Shown here in pieces: positions 1 to 8,891 of a DNA stretch of 64,000 nucleotides. The number at the start of each line of letters is the position of its first letter. Positions within the stretch are counted from its first letter, which is position 1. A model generated the notes under the pieces. It was not told where the DNA came from and searched no databases. It worked only from the letters and a program-made list of their open reading frames with translations. Source of the stretch: an uncultured Gammaproteobacteria bacterium (GTDB lineage Bacteria; Patescibacteriota; Patescibacteriia; 2-01-FULL-39-33). The translations under genes and the position numbers were made by a program. Location of the stretch: assembly GCA_964558935.1 (NCBI GenBank), contig CAZLFP010000003.1:39684-103683 (forward strand), read 5' to 3'.

Positions 1-2
1 CC

Positions 3-632
3 TTAGGTAGAATAGATATTGAAGGGTTGACTCAGCAAACTGTGATTCGAGGCTCACAAGGCTACAATAAATATGGGCATAAACTTATAGTTCAAGGTGA
101 TATTACAAATATGGATTTAGACAACACTGTAGTTGTGATCAATAATGATTTGACAATCGGTAGTGATGTGACTTTTAATAACGGAGACACCAATGGCAGT
201 GGCCTGATCGTTGTCAGGGGAGATCTCAAAATTAACAAGAATATAATGTATGAGAATGCACCTCCGGCTAGCTTGAAGCAATTAGCTTCAGTTGCCTGGG
301 TTGTGGAGGGAGATATTATTGTCGGACCCGAGGTAGAACAGATTGCCGGCGCTTTCATTGCGGTTGGCAAAGATGATACTGCATGTACCTATTCTGGACC
401 TGATAATGACATAGTTAATATCAACAAATGCGGAGTTTTCCGGAGCCAGACCAGTAATAAATTTTTGGATGTATACGGCTTAATTGCAGCTGCCGGCTAC
501 AAATTTGAACGAACTCGAGCAGCTGTGGATCGAGGTTCTGAACTGATCATTTACGACGGTCGTTTAATTGCCAATCCACCTCCCGGCATGTCTGGATTTG
601 CTGAAGGTTTACCGGTAGTGAGAGAATTTTAG
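3..632 (+). CDS. Hypothetical protein, 3' portion. The reading frame is open to the window edge, so the gene is 5'-truncated. Gly/Asn/Asp-rich beta-strand-like repeats.
   Basis: ORF 27..632 starts at a TTG with no in-frame stop upstream to position 3. Repetitive V/I-x-G-D and NGDTNGSG motifs suggest a beta-helix-like fold. No recognisable catalytic motif. Confidence 0.35.
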   Translation, partial: LGRIDIEGLTQQTVIRGSQGYNKYGHKLIVQGDITNMDLDNTVVVINNDLTIGSDVTFNNGDTNGSGLIVVRGDLKINKNIMYENAPPASLKQLASVAWVVEGDIIVGPEVEQIAGAFIAVGKDDTACTYSGPDNDIVNINKCGVFRSQTSNKFLDVYGLIAAAGYKFERTRAAVDRGSELIIYDGRLIANPPPGMSGFAEGLPVVREF

Positions 633-665
633 GCTGTTTGGTTTGTAGATTTAAATATTATTTCA

Positions 666-1763
666 ATGGGACTTTTTTCTAAAAAAACAAGTTATTTGGG
701 GATAGATATTGGTTCTTCTTCAGTTAAGGTAGTGGAGTTGGAGAATTTCAACGGACGGCCCAAATTGGCCACCTATGGCTTTACCGAGAAGAGCTTGTCG
801 GACTGGAACGGCGACAGTTCTTTGGGCAATCCTGAAGATATGGCAGCTGTGGTTAAGGAAGTGTGTCAGAAAGCCAAAACCAATTCCACCAAAGTCATAG
901 CGGCCTTGTCTAATTTTACGGTTTTTACCAGCATTATTTCCCTGCCGGAAATGTCCAAAAAGGAACTGGCTTCAGCCATTTCCTGGGAGGCCAAGAAAGT
1001 TATACCCGTCCCTTTGGAAGATATTATTTTAGACTGGAAAATCATTGAAGACAGCCAGCCGGAAGCAGTTACGACCGAGGCAGATAATAACCAGGTGGCC
1101 AATAAGATCAAATCCAAACCCAAAAAGAATTTAAAGATCTTGTTGACCGGAGCCAGTAAGAGTTTGGTTAAGAAATATATGGATATCTTTGCCCAGGCCA
1201 ATCTGTCTTTACTGAGTTTGGAAACAGAGAATTTTGCTTTAATCAGATCTTTAATCGGGAATGACAAGTCAGTCATGGCTTTAATAGATTTGGGGGCTTC
1301 GACTTCCAGTATTGCCATTGTAGACAAGGGAGTGCCGGTCTTAAGCCGGTCTTTGGATCTGGGTGGCCTGATGCTGACCAGGAATATTAGCAACAGTTTA
1401 AATGTCAATTTGGAGCGGGCTGAACAGTTTAAGCAGGATTTGGCCCTGGAATCGGATTCAGCCGCTGATGCTATGCCGCAATTGGTGGAAAAGTCCATGT
1501 CTTCCATTGTCAACGAGATTAAATACACCATTGGTTCCTTTCAAGAACAACAAGGCAAAAAAGTGGAAAAAATCATTTTAACCGGCGGCGGTTCTTTGTT
1601 GGGTAATTTAACCGGTTACATGTCGCGGGTTTTAAATGTCAACACCTATGTGGGAGATCCTTGGGCCAGAGTCATCTATCCGACCGAGTTAAAGCCGGTT
1701 TTGGATCGGTTGGGAGCGAGATTTGCGGTTGCCATCGGACTGGCCATGCGAAATATTGAATAA
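666..1763 (+). CDS. pilM: Type IV pilus assembly protein PilM (actin-like ATPase fold)
   Basis: N-terminal LGIDIGSSSVKVVEL sugar-kinase/actin fold motif. Size ~365 aa. Immediately upstream of an INLLP-motif PilN-like gene. Confidence 0.85.
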   Translation: MGLFSKKTSYLGIDIGSSSVKVVELENFNGRPKLATYGFTEKSLSDWNGDSSLGNPEDMAAVVKEVCQKAKTNSTKVIAALSNFTVFTSIISLPEMSKKELASAISWEAKKVIPVPLEDIILDWKIIEDSQPEAVTTEADNNQVANKIKSKPKKNLKILLTGASKSLVKKYMDIFAQANLSLLSLETENFALIRSLIGNDKSVMALIDLGASTSSIAIVDKGVPVLSRSLDLGGLMLTRNISNSLNVNLERAEQFKQDLALESDSAADAMPQLVEKSMSSIVNEIKYTIGSFQEQQGKKVEKIILTGGGSLLGNLTGYMSRVLNVNTYVGDPWARVIYPTELKPVLDRLGARFAVAIGLAMRNIE

Positions 1764-1774
1764 CTTTCGGGATT

Positions 1775-3394
1775 ATGCCAAATATTAACCTATTACCTGA
1801 CGATCTGCGCCAAGCCGAAGAAAAAGAATTGCGTAAGTTGGCTAAACAGCCGAAAATAGAAACCATTGAATTGTCTCAAGTACACAAGCAAGATCGGATT
1901 AAAGAGAGAACAGATAAGCCCAAGCAATCTTGGTGGAAAAAAGTCTTTGGTGAAGCACCGGCTAAGCCCAAGGTGGAATCAGCAGCGCCGGCAACACCTG
2001 CAGTGGCTCAAAGTATGAGCAGTGACCTATTATCTCAGGCCAAGAAGCAAAAGATCAGTTGGAGCAAACCAGTTACAAAGGCCAAGGCAAAGGTTAAGCA
2101 ACCGGTACTGGGCAAGCCTGCTCAGATTATCAAGCCGGTGGAACTCAAAGAGATGGCCAAACCTCAGCCTAAATTGAAAGAGGTTAGACCTCTGGCACCT
2201 CGACCCGTTAAGGTAGTGGAGAAATTGCTGTCTCAAGACAAGCCCAAAAAATGGCCTCAGACACAGCCGGTAGTCAAAACAAAGCCTAAAAAACTGCCTC
2301 AGCCGGTTAAACTGCCTCAGCCAGTGAAGCCGTTGCCACCCAAGGTTAAACCCGTTGCAATACACAAAGCCGGACAGGTCAGTTGGTGGCAAAAGCTGAA
2401 AGATTACTTTGCACCCCGAGCTGACAAGAGTAAAGAGCTGGACTTAAAGGCGGCGAAACTACCCACTTATGCACCAGTCAAGGAGCTACCCAAATTGGAA
2501 CAGTTGCCGGATACTCCACCTCCGGTGGTCGAGCTCAAATTAAAGCCCAAACCCCAGCCTAAACCGGCTCCGGCACCCAAACCGCCCAAACCGGTTAAAC
2601 TCAAACCAGTTAAACAACCTAAAATAAAACCAATTAAACAACCTAGAGTCAAGCGGGATAATTGGTGGAAATATCTTAAACAATGGCTTATGCAACCAAC
2701 TAAGCAAACACAACCTAAACCAGCGACGCCGCCTGCAGCGCCACGGCCGTCCCAACCGACAGCTCCTCAGGGTAAATACCACGTAGTTGAAGAAACAGCC
2801 AAACAAGGCTGGGGAGGGGTTAATCTATTGCCTAATGCAGCTGAAACTCGCAAAGTTTCTCCGACCATGAAGGGTCTGGGCTTAAGTGCGGCTGTCATTA
2901 TTCCCATTCTGCTCTTAATGGGCTGGTATTATGTAATTGGCTACCAAGAGGATATGTTAGACAAGCAAATCTTAACGGCTGAAAAGGAAATGGACAGTAT
3001 TTCTTCAGGTTTGGAAATTAAACGCCAGGTAGCGGAACAGAATGCTTTTTTGGAGAAAAAGATGCTGGCCATTAAAGGACTGTTGGATGACCATATTTAT
3101 TGGTCTGATTTCTTTAATCTGTTGGAAAAGTACACTTTGGATGAGGTGCATTATACGGATTTTACGGCAGATATTGGCGGAGAACTGTCTTTACCGGCCA
3201 TTGCTCAAGGCAACAGCATTGCCGATACCTATGCTGTGATCGCTCAACAGTTGCAAGCTCTGGAACAGGCTGATGATTTTGTTAAAACCGTGACAGTCGA
3301 GAATATTGATTTGGAAGTGGAGGAAGGCCAAGGTGTCACCGGTGCCTCCTTTGAAATCCAGTTGACATTGGTCGATGATGTGTTTGTTAAATAA
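1775..3394 (+). CDS. pilN: PilN-like inner-membrane pilus assembly protein with a ~330-aa Pro/Lys-rich low-complexity spacer
   Basis: N-terminus MPNINLLPDDL carries the conserved PilN INLLP motif. A single TM segment (LGLSAAVIIPILLLMGWYYVIGY) sits ~365 aa in, followed by a coiled-coil periplasmic domain. The intervening region is a PxKP/KPxP repeat (KPKPQPKPAPAPKPPKPVKLKPVKQPKIKP). Confidence 0.7.
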   Translation: MPNINLLPDDLRQAEEKELRKLAKQPKIETIELSQVHKQDRIKERTDKPKQSWWKKVFGEAPAKPKVESAAPATPAVAQSMSSDLLSQAKKQKISWSKPVTKAKAKVKQPVLGKPAQIIKPVELKEMAKPQPKLKEVRPLAPRPVKVVEKLLSQDKPKKWPQTQPVVKTKPKKLPQPVKLPQPVKPLPPKVKPVAIHKAGQVSWWQKLKDYFAPRADKSKELDLKAAKLPTYAPVKELPKLEQLPDTPPPVVELKLKPKPQPKPAPAPKPPKPVKLKPVKQPKIKPIKQPRVKRDNWWKYLKQWLMQPTKQTQPKPATPPAAPRPSQPTAPQGKYHVVEETAKQGWGGVNLLPNAAETRKVSPTMKGLGLSAAVIIPILLLMGWYYVIGYQEDMLDKQILTAEKEMDSISSGLEIKRQVAEQNAFLEKKMLAIKGLLDDHIYWSDFFNLLEKYTLDEVHYTDFTADIGGELSLPAIAQGNSIADTYAVIAQQLQALEQADDFVKTVTVENIDLEVEEGQGVTGASFEIQLTLVDDVFVK

Positions 3395-3415
3395 TTAGAT
3401 TAATAAATTACAGAT

Positions 3416-4027
3416 ATGGCACAGGATAAGAATACTAAAAAAACTAAAAAGTCGACTAACCTGCCAGGAATTGTGGATAACTTTTTTTTGCCGGTGCTCA
3501 TACTCTTGGCGGTTGCCGTCTTTATGGGTGGGTATATGTACCTGCTCAAGCAAGCCTACACAGACCTTGTGACCGTCCAACAGAAGCGCTTGAACCAGGT
3601 GGAAAAAACCATTGAGGATTTAAAAAAGCAAGAACAAGATCTGGACAAACTGAAAACAGCCGGAATTTCCTTTGACCAGTCGGAAAAAGAGCTGTTAAAT
3701 GCGGCTTTACCAGATGAATATGATTTTGCCTCCATTGTCATTCAGTTGACCTACTTGGCTGAAGAGTACGGCTTTACAGTTACCAGTTTGGAAATTGAAC
3801 CGGCTAAACCGGCTAAAAACGAAGACAACCAGATTACCTTACCTGCCGGCGTTAAGGCGGTTGACATTAGTCTGGAAGCGCAAGGCGTGGATTATCTGGG
3901 TTGGAAGCGTTTGGTGTCTGCTTTGGAAGGCAGTGCCATGATTATTGATGTTAAAGCGGTTAACATGGTAGTTGAAGAAGGCACCTATTCCTTGGAGTTA
4001 ACGTCATATTACTATCCAAAATCATAA
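3416..4027 (+). CDS. pilO: PilO-like pilus assembly protein (N-terminal TM plus coiled coil)
   Basis: N-terminal TM (FFLPVLILLAVAVFMGGYMYLL), then a coiled-coil segment, ~200 aa, directly after pilM-pilN. Assigned by position and architecture. Confidence 0.55.
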   Translation: MAQDKNTKKTKKSTNLPGIVDNFFLPVLILLAVAVFMGGYMYLLKQAYTDLVTVQQKRLNQVEKTIEDLKKQEQDLDKLKTAGISFDQSEKELLNAALPDEYDFASIVIQLTYLAEEYGFTVTSLEIEPAKPAKNEDNQITLPAGVKAVDISLEAQGVDYLGWKRLVSALEGSAMIIDVKAVNMVVEEGTYSLELTSYYYPKS

Positions 4028-4036
4028 TTTAAAGCT

Positions 4037-4306
4037 ATGAAGAGTCAAAATTTAATTATTGGGTTGGTCATTTTGGTGGGTGTAGCCGGCTATCTAGCTT
4101 GGGATATTTACCAGATTCATCAGTCCATTAAATATGCCAGTTCTTTAGCTCCCGGTTTAAGGTTTTCCCAATCGGTTGGCAATGACAAAGTCAAGGCTGA
4201 AGTTATTGCCATGTTGGCAGATATGAAAGTGCATCGGTATGGAGAGTGGCCATTGGGACCGGTGGTTTTAAGCAGTGAGCGGGGCAATCCTTTTGCCGCT
4301 AAATAA
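4037..4306 (+). CDS. Small single-pass membrane protein in the pilus operon (PilP-like position), hypothetical
   Basis: 89 aa with an N-terminal TM (LIIGLVILVGVAGYLAW). Sits between the pilO-like gene and pilB. No recognisable motif. Confidence 0.4.
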   Translation: MKSQNLIIGLVILVGVAGYLAWDIYQIHQSIKYASSLAPGLRFSQSVGNDKVKAEVIAMLADMKVHRYGEWPLGPVVLSSERGNPFAAK

Positions 4307-4315
4307 TTTCCAGAC

Positions 4316-6043
4316 ATGACACAGACTTCCCAGCTTAAAATTAAAGATTATTTAATTGCTCAGAATTTAGTGACTGAGGAGAAATTGGCTGAATTGGTGT
4401 CTCCCGGCCAGAATATGGAAGAGACATTGGTGAAGAAAAAAAAGTTCTTTTCACATCAGGAATTCACGAATATTAAAAGTCAGGTTTTTAATCTGCCGGT
4501 GGCGGATTTGTCGGATTTGGACGTCGAATCCAGTGTCTTGAATATTTTGAGCCAAAAAGCGGCTCAGAACTACCAAGTCTTGATTTTCGAGCGTCAAGGC
4601 AACCAGATTAAGGTTGGCATGGTGGACCCCGGTAATTTCCAAGCCAAAGAAGCGATTGAGTTCTTAGCTGCCCAGCAAGGCTTGAAACCGGAGTATTATG
4701 TCATTTCCTTCCAGGATTTTGTTAAAGTGTTCCGGTCTTACAGTGGTTTCCAGGAAGAGATTGGCACGGCATTGGAGTCGGCGAAAGTTAAGTTTGAACA
4801 AAAGGTGGAAAAGCTAAAAACCGTCAGTGATGCCGATTTACAGTCAGTGGTTAAAAGTGCGCCCGTAGCTAAGATCGTGTCTGTTATTATCCAGCATGCA
4901 GTGGAGGGTCGAGCTTCAGATATCCACATTGAACCCTCGCGCAATGCCGGTCGGGTTAGATACCGGGTGGACGGGGTATTGCATACTTCTTTGGAAGTGC
5001 CAGGTTACTTGTATTCTTCCATCGTGTCTCGCATCAAAGTTTTGGCCAGTATGAAGCTGGATGAAACGCGTATTCCACAGGATGGCAGAATTAGAGTGAG
5101 CGTGGATGAGAGGGAAATTGATTTAAGAGTTTCTGTTTTACCAACTCTTGATCTGGAAAAGGTGGTTATGCGGGTGTTGGATACTTCAGCCGGAGTGCCG
5201 ACTTTGAAAGAATTAGGTTTTAGCGACCAGCAGATAGAGGTTATTGACCGGAATATGAAAAAGCCGTATGGCTTATTCTTAATGACCGGTCCGACCGGTT
5301 CCGGTAAAACCACCACTTTGTATTCGATCTTGAATAACCTGAATTCCGAGACGTTTAATATTACCACTCTGGAAGATCCGATAGAATACTATGTTCAAGG
5401 CGTTAACCAGTCTCAGATCAACCATACGGTTGGCTACACCTTTGCTTCCGGTTTGAGAGCGATTTTAAGGCAAGATCCGAATATTATCATGGTGGGTGAG
5501 ATTAGAGATAATGAAACGGCTGAGCTGGCCATTCATGCCGGTTTGACCGGTCACTTGGTTTTTTCCACTTTACACACCAACAGCGCTTGGGGAGCCGTGC
5601 CTCGGTTAATAGATATGAAGTGCGAACCATTCTTGTTGGCTTCCACCTTGAATTTGGTTATGGCTCAAAGATTGGTTAGAACCATTTGTCCGGACTGCAA
5701 GGTAGAGGACCGGGTTTCTGACAAGATCAGACAAAGATTGGACAATGAACTAGCAGCTATGCCACCGGAGATATTGGCCAAATTTAACGGTCAGCATACT
5801 TTTTACAAAGGCAAGGGTTGTCAGTCTTGTGCCAATTCCGGCTATCTGGGCAGAACGGTGGTGGCAGAGATCTTGGAGATTAACCGAGATTTGAAAGATT
5901 TGATTGCGGAAGGCAGTACGTCCAAGAAGCTGGATGAGATTCAAAAGGAGCAGAAATTCCTGACTCTGGTTCAAGATGGGGTCTTAAAAGCTTTGGAAGG
6001 CAAGACGACCGTCGAAGAAGTGGTTCGTGTATCTCAGCTATAA
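4316..6043 (+). CDS. pilB: Type IV pilus assembly (extension) ATPase PilB/GspE
   Basis: Canonical Walker A GPTGSGKTTT, Asp box EDPIEY, Walker B IIMVGEIRD, His box HLVFSTLHT and a C-terminal tetracysteine motif (CPDC...CQSC). N-terminal GSPII-type domain. Confidence 0.92.
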   Translation: MTQTSQLKIKDYLIAQNLVTEEKLAELVSPGQNMEETLVKKKKFFSHQEFTNIKSQVFNLPVADLSDLDVESSVLNILSQKAAQNYQVLIFERQGNQIKVGMVDPGNFQAKEAIEFLAAQQGLKPEYYVISFQDFVKVFRSYSGFQEEIGTALESAKVKFEQKVEKLKTVSDADLQSVVKSAPVAKIVSVIIQHAVEGRASDIHIEPSRNAGRVRYRVDGVLHTSLEVPGYLYSSIVSRIKVLASMKLDETRIPQDGRIRVSVDEREIDLRVSVLPTLDLEKVVMRVLDTSAGVPTLKELGFSDQQIEVIDRNMKKPYGLFLMTGPTGSGKTTTLYSILNNLNSETFNITTLEDPIEYYVQGVNQSQINHTVGYTFASGLRAILRQDPNIIMVGEIRDNETAELAIHAGLTGHLVFSTLHTNSAWGAVPRLIDMKCEPFLLASTLNLVMAQRLVRTICPDCKVEDRVSDKIRQRLDNELAAMPPEILAKFNGQHTFYKGKGCQSCANSGYLGRTVVAEILEINRDLKDLIAEGSTSKKLDEIQKEQKFLTLVQDGVLKALEGKTTVEEVVRVSQL

Positions 6044-6062
6044 TTAAATAATTTAGATATTT

Positions 6063-6449
6063 ATGCCGAAAAAAGACAAAATCGCGATCCTGATCATTGA
6101 AGATGATGTTTTTTTAGCTGATTTGTATCGCGCTAAGTTTGAAATGGAGGGATTTGATGTCTTCTTGGCCCATGATGGTGAAAAGGGGCTGGAAGCGACT
6201 AAGAAAAAAATGCCGGATGCCATTTTATTGGATCTGGTTTTACCGAAGATTGACGGCTTCAGTGTTTTGGATGAACTGAAGAAAAATGCTAAATTAAAAT
6301 CCATTCCGGTTATTTTGCTGACCAATTTGAGTCAAAAGGCGGATGTGGATAAGGGTATTGCCAAGGGAGCAGATGATTATTTAATTAAAGCTCATTTCAT
6401 GCCATCTGAGGTGGTAACCAAGATTATGAAGCTGGTTAAAAAGAGTTAG
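6063..6449 (+). CDS. Single-domain CheY-like response regulator (REC only)
   Basis: 128 aa with an acidic pocket (EDD), a phosphoacceptor Asp in LLDLVLPKIDGF and a conserved Lys (KAHF). No output domain. Confidence 0.85.
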   Translation: MPKKDKIAILIIEDDVFLADLYRAKFEMEGFDVFLAHDGEKGLEATKKKMPDAILLDLVLPKIDGFSVLDELKKNAKLKSIPVILLTNLSQKADVDKGIAKGADDYLIKAHFMPSEVVTKIMKLVKKS

Positions 6450-6450
6450 T

Positions 6451-7521
6451 ATGGACACTGCTCAAGCTTTGTCAATTCGTAAGATTTTGACCCAGGCGAT
6501 TGCCCGGGGCGCGGCTGATCTCCACTTTTCAGTCGGTAATCGTCCGACTTTAAGGATTAACGGAGATCTGGCCGGTATGGAAGACCAGGATATTATTGAC
6601 ATGGCTTTTATGGAACAGCTGGTGTCTTGGCTGTTGACCCCGGAACAGAGCAAGCTGTTAAAGCAGAATAGGGAGATTATCATAACGCATGATTTTGACA
6701 AACAGCTCAGGTTTAAAATTAATATTTTTTACCAACGGAATTTTTTGTCAGCCACTTTAAGGCATATTCCCTGGCAAGTACCGGTTTTAGATTCACTGAA
6801 TTTAAATCCTAAAGTCAAGGCACTGACCAATTTACAGAAAGGCTTGGTTATTGTAGCAGGTTCCTTCGGTTCCGGTCGGTCAACCACGGTGGCTGCCATG
6901 CTGGAAGAGATTAATTTAAGCCGTAAAGAGTATATTATTACCATTGAAGACCCGATTGAGTATTTGTATATCAACAAGCAGAGTATTATTGAACAAAGAC
7001 AGGTGGGCAGAGATGTTAGAACTATGGCTGATGCCATTAAGTACTTTGAAGAAGAGGATGGAGACATTTTGTATCTGGAAGGCATGGAAGATCCCAAGAT
7101 CATACCTCAGGTGTTGGAAATTGCCAGAGCTGGCGCTTTGGTTATAACCCATGTCACGGCTGCGACGGCAGCGGAAACCATATCGCGGATTATAGACAGT
7201 TTCACCAGTTTGGATCAGGAGAGGATCCGCGATTTACTGGCTTCAGCGCTCCAGGCGGTGGTGTGCCAGAAAGTCATACCCCAAATGGGCGGAGGAGTGA
7301 TGGTGATCCAGGAAATATTAATGGTGAATGACACTGTTAAGTCCATTATATTGGACGGTCGAACCAACCAGTTGGCCAGTGTCATTATGAATTCAGCTGA
7401 AGACGGCATGGTTTCATTTGACCAGATCTTAGCCAAATTAGTGGCAGAGCGGCGCATTTCTCTGGTTGATGCTTTGGACAATGCCACCGATCGCAAAAGA
7501 TTAGAAAAAATGATTAGATAA
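6451..7521 (+). CDS. pilT: PilT-like twitching-motility ATPase paralog with degenerate catalytic motifs
   Basis: PilT-size (356 aa) with a PilT-like layout and Asp box EDPIEY. Walker A reads GSFGSGRSTT (Lys replaced by Arg), Walker B reads LEGMED instead of VGEMRD, and the His box reads ALVITHVTA instead of HLVFGTLHT. Confidence 0.8.
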   Translation: MDTAQALSIRKILTQAIARGAADLHFSVGNRPTLRINGDLAGMEDQDIIDMAFMEQLVSWLLTPEQSKLLKQNREIIITHDFDKQLRFKINIFYQRNFLSATLRHIPWQVPVLDSLNLNPKVKALTNLQKGLVIVAGSFGSGRSTTVAAMLEEINLSRKEYIITIEDPIEYLYINKQSIIEQRQVGRDVRTMADAIKYFEEEDGDILYLEGMEDPKIIPQVLEIARAGALVITHVTAATAAETISRIIDSFTSLDQERIRDLLASALQAVVCQKVIPQMGGGVMVIQEILMVNDTVKSIILDGRTNQLASVIMNSAEDGMVSFDQILAKLVAERRISLVDALDNATDRKRLEKMIR

Positions 7522-7539
7522 GAAATAAGCTAAAAAAAT

Positions 7540-8748
7540 ATGCCGGTATTTGAATATAAGGCGAAAAATCAAGCGGGGGAAGTGCAAGAGGGCTTAGTGG
7601 AGGCTGCCAGTGAAGAAGCGGTGGCTGTTTTGTTGGGGGATAAGAATCTGTCTGTCGTATCCATTACAGCCAAGGAAGAGGCGGGTTTAGGTGGCATCAG
7701 TCTGACGTTAACCAAGGTTAAGACCAAGGATTTGGTGGTGTTCTTTCGTCAATTATCTGTCATGGTGGAAGCTAATCTGCCGATTGTCAAAGCCATGCGG
7801 ATTTTGACTCGTCAAACAGACAACCGGTATTTAAAAGCTGTAATAGCCAGTATTGCGGATGAAGTCGAAGGTGGTGCCAAACTGTCTCAGGCCATGTCCA
7901 CATATCCGGAAGTGTTTTCCAATTTTTACACCAATGTGGTGGCCTCCGGTGAAACTTCCGGTCGTTTAAGTGATGTTATGAATTATTTGGCTGATCAGGC
8001 TGAAAAGGATTATGATTTAAAATCCAAACTGCAGGGTGAAATGATTTATCCGGCTTTTATTTTTGGCATGTTGGGCATTGTTGGTTTTGTGATCATGACT
8101 TGGGTAATACCTCAAATTACGGAAATGGTGACTCAATCCGGAGCTGAACTCCCGATTGCCACTCAGATTCTAATTGCCGTATCCAAGTTTTTTGGCAGTT
8201 ATTGGTGGGCAGTGTTGTTGGGTTTGGTTGGTTTGGGTGGAGGTCTGTTTTACTTCGTTAAAAAAACCGAAGGTGGCAAACAAATGTTTGACCAGCTGAT
8301 TGTCAACATTCCCATTTTTGGTTCTGTTTTCAGAATTATTTACATTGTTAGGATTACCCAGTCTTTCCATACGCTGTTGGTCGGTGGTGTACCTGTCTCT
8401 CAAGCCTTGGAAACGGTTAAGGAGGTTGTGGATAACGTGGTCTACAAAGCAGTCATTGAACAAGCCATTCAAGATGTGGATGAGGGTACTTCTTTAGCTG
8501 AAAGTTTAATTGTCAGCAAATACATTCCCAACATGGTGGCTCAAATGATCAGTATTGGAGAAGAAACAGGTAAATTAGACCAAATTTTAGGTAGAATTTC
8601 TGATTTTTATACCCGAGAGATTAATAATTCACTTAAGAATTTAACCTCTTTGATCACACCAATCATTATGGTGATCTTAGCGGTTGCGATCGGTGGTTTT
8701 GTGGCAGCTGTGATTATGCCGATGTGGCAGTTATCTGCTGCTTTCTAG
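7540..8748 (+). CDS. pilC: Type IV pilus inner-membrane platform protein PilC/GspF
   Basis: 402 aa with two GspF repeats and three TM segments, typical of the PilC/GspF family. Follows the ATPase genes. Confidence 0.9.
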   Translation: MPVFEYKAKNQAGEVQEGLVEAASEEAVAVLLGDKNLSVVSITAKEEAGLGGISLTLTKVKTKDLVVFFRQLSVMVEANLPIVKAMRILTRQTDNRYLKAVIASIADEVEGGAKLSQAMSTYPEVFSNFYTNVVASGETSGRLSDVMNYLADQAEKDYDLKSKLQGEMIYPAFIFGMLGIVGFVIMTWVIPQITEMVTQSGAELPIATQILIAVSKFFGSYWWAVLLGLVGLGGGLFYFVKKTEGGKQMFDQLIVNIPIFGSVFRIIYIVRITQSFHTLLVGGVPVSQALETVKEVVDNVVYKAVIEQAIQDVDEGTSLAESLIVSKYIPNMVAQMISIGEETGKLDQILGRISDFYTREINNSLKNLTSLITPIIMVILAVAIGGFVAAVIMPMWQLSAAF

Positions 8749-8765
8749 GTTTTTAGGTGAAAATT

Positions 8766-8774
8766 TGGTATAAT
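8766..8774 (+). promoter_or_regulatory. Extended -10 promoter element (TGgTATAAT) upstream of the major pilin gene
   Basis: TG-n-TATAAT at 8766-8774 within a 143-nt AT-rich intergenic region, unusually long for this compact window. Confidence 0.35.
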
Positions 8775-8844
8775 TAAATTATCTAATTACTAGTTGTTGA
8801 TAAGTAATTAACAAAGGTCGAGATGTACTTTAAACAATTTTCCT

Positions 8845-8856
8845 CCACTCGAGTGG
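8845..8856. promoter_or_regulatory. Perfect 12-bp palindrome CCACTCGAGTGG, candidate operator upstream of the major pilin
   Basis: Exact inverted repeat 36 nt upstream of the pilin start codon, between the putative -10 and the ATG. Confidence 0.3.
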
Positions 8857-8891
8857 GAAAAAATTTATACTAATTAATAATTCATAATAAT

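Noticed and set aside
866-1531. Antisense ORFs inside confirmed genes (e.g. 866..1531 -, 2030..2392 -, 15970..16536 -, 30065..30574 -, 34066..34470 +, 51729..52106 -)
   Set aside because: Shadow ORFs opposite or out of frame to strongly supported genes. They have low-complexity or biased composition and no motifs.
6451-7521. Calling the degenerate PilT a pseudogene
   Set aside because: The ORF is full-length and in frame with intact fold-defining regions. Motif degeneration suggests altered or lost catalysis, not gene decay.
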